Shown piece by piece: positions 63,111-64,000 of a DNA stretch of 64,000 nucleotides. This DNA is from Hemiscyllium ocellatum (lineage: Eukaryota): the NCBI RefSeq assembly GCF_020745735.1, contig NW_026867487.1, positions 3,162,001-3,226,000 on the forward strand, read 5' to 3'. The notes beneath the pieces are model-generated. The model saw only the letters and a list, made by a program, of their open reading frames with translations, ran no database searches and was not told the origin of the DNA. The translations under genes were made by a program, and so were the position numbers. Every line of letters starts with the position of its first letter. Position 1 is the stretch's first letter.

Positions 63111-64000
63111 TGTCACGTCACTTTTCCTCTCTGTGTATTGTACCGTGCGATTATTTGTGTGTGCTGATGGTGCGATCAAATTGAATGCTGCTGTCTGCTG
63201 GCGCTGCCCTCTGTATGATTTCCTGGCTATTTTGGTTTTTGGTTGTAGAAACGTCAAGCCACCACGACAGGGTGGCACAGTATTACTTCAAGACAAATTG
63301 AAGTGCAGCACAGAATGGTTATGACTCTTTATCTCCCATCAGCNNNNNNNNNNNNNNNNNNNNNNNNNNNNNNNNNNNNNNNNNNNNNNNNNNNNNNNNN
63401 NNNNNNNNNNNNNNNNNNNNNNNNNNNNNNNNNNNNNNNNNNNNNNNNNNNNNNNNNNNNNNNNNNNNNNNNNNNNNNNNNNNNNNNNNNNNNNNNNNNN
63501 NNNNNNTACTGCAAAATTATTCTGGCACATATCAGGTAATGTGCTGTGAGGTCAGTATGTTCAGTTAGTTAGAAAGTACCCACAGAAGAAATAAGAACGG
63601 TTAGACTGAGCTCAGTGAAGAATGCTGAGAGGGAATACCGGAAGCACAGATTGGCAATGTTGAGGTTGTGGACAGAGAACAGAGAATAACAACTGAGGAG
63701 CGAAATAAAGGCAAATTTGGCAACAGTCAGAATGGAGATGATGCTGGATAAGACTCAGGTTGGTTCCATTATTGTAGAAGGTGGGATCAGAAGGATTATA
63801 TTTGAGTGGACAGTTTGTGGTTGCACAAGACTTACGTGTATGTTGGAAATTCTGGGTGGAACATCAGGTCATGACTTCCTTCTCCCACTCCCGCTAACTG
63901 AATAAGAACAAACAGCGTGAATTTGGAATTAAATCAGTGAATGAAGAAGAGTATTGAGTGTAACTGGTACAGTGATTATATTATAGATGGAAGTCAATCT

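Larger units (their letters stand above)
41990..64000. repeat. Segmental tandem duplication, copy 2 (continues past the window)
   Basis: 63961-64000 matches 36142-36181. Confidence 0.9.

Overview
Cartilaginous-fish genomic DNA. The HE1/V-SINE, CR1, Penelope and Tx1 repeats suggest an orectolobiform shark such as a bamboo shark; the species is an inference. The window is part of a T-cell receptor alpha/delta variable-gene array. Seven intact plus-strand TCR delta/alpha-type V segments are present (families A, B, C, D, then A', B', C'), each with a 46-nt leader exon, a short intron, a V exon and a 23-spacer RSS. Interleaved on the minus strand is a second, TRAV-like family: one intact gene at 8.2-9.3 kb and three pseudogenes. 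The array appears built from an old cassette (plus-strand V, orphan leader/promoter, inverted V, spacer), overlaid by a younger ~27-28 kb tandem duplication (~14.4-42.0 kb vs 42.0->64 kb) with a near-identical core. No D, J or C segments are visible. The rest is retroelement debris: a Gmr1-type Gypsy, Penelope-like elements with minimal hammerhead-like motifs, CR1 LINEs, HE1 SINEs and Keno/Tx1-like elements, one headed by two U2 snRNA 5' fragments. N runs are mostly flanked by simple repeats and are probably masked microsatellites. V, leader and RSS coordinates were counted by hand; repeat boundaries are approximate and identity levels are by-eye impressions, not computed alignments.
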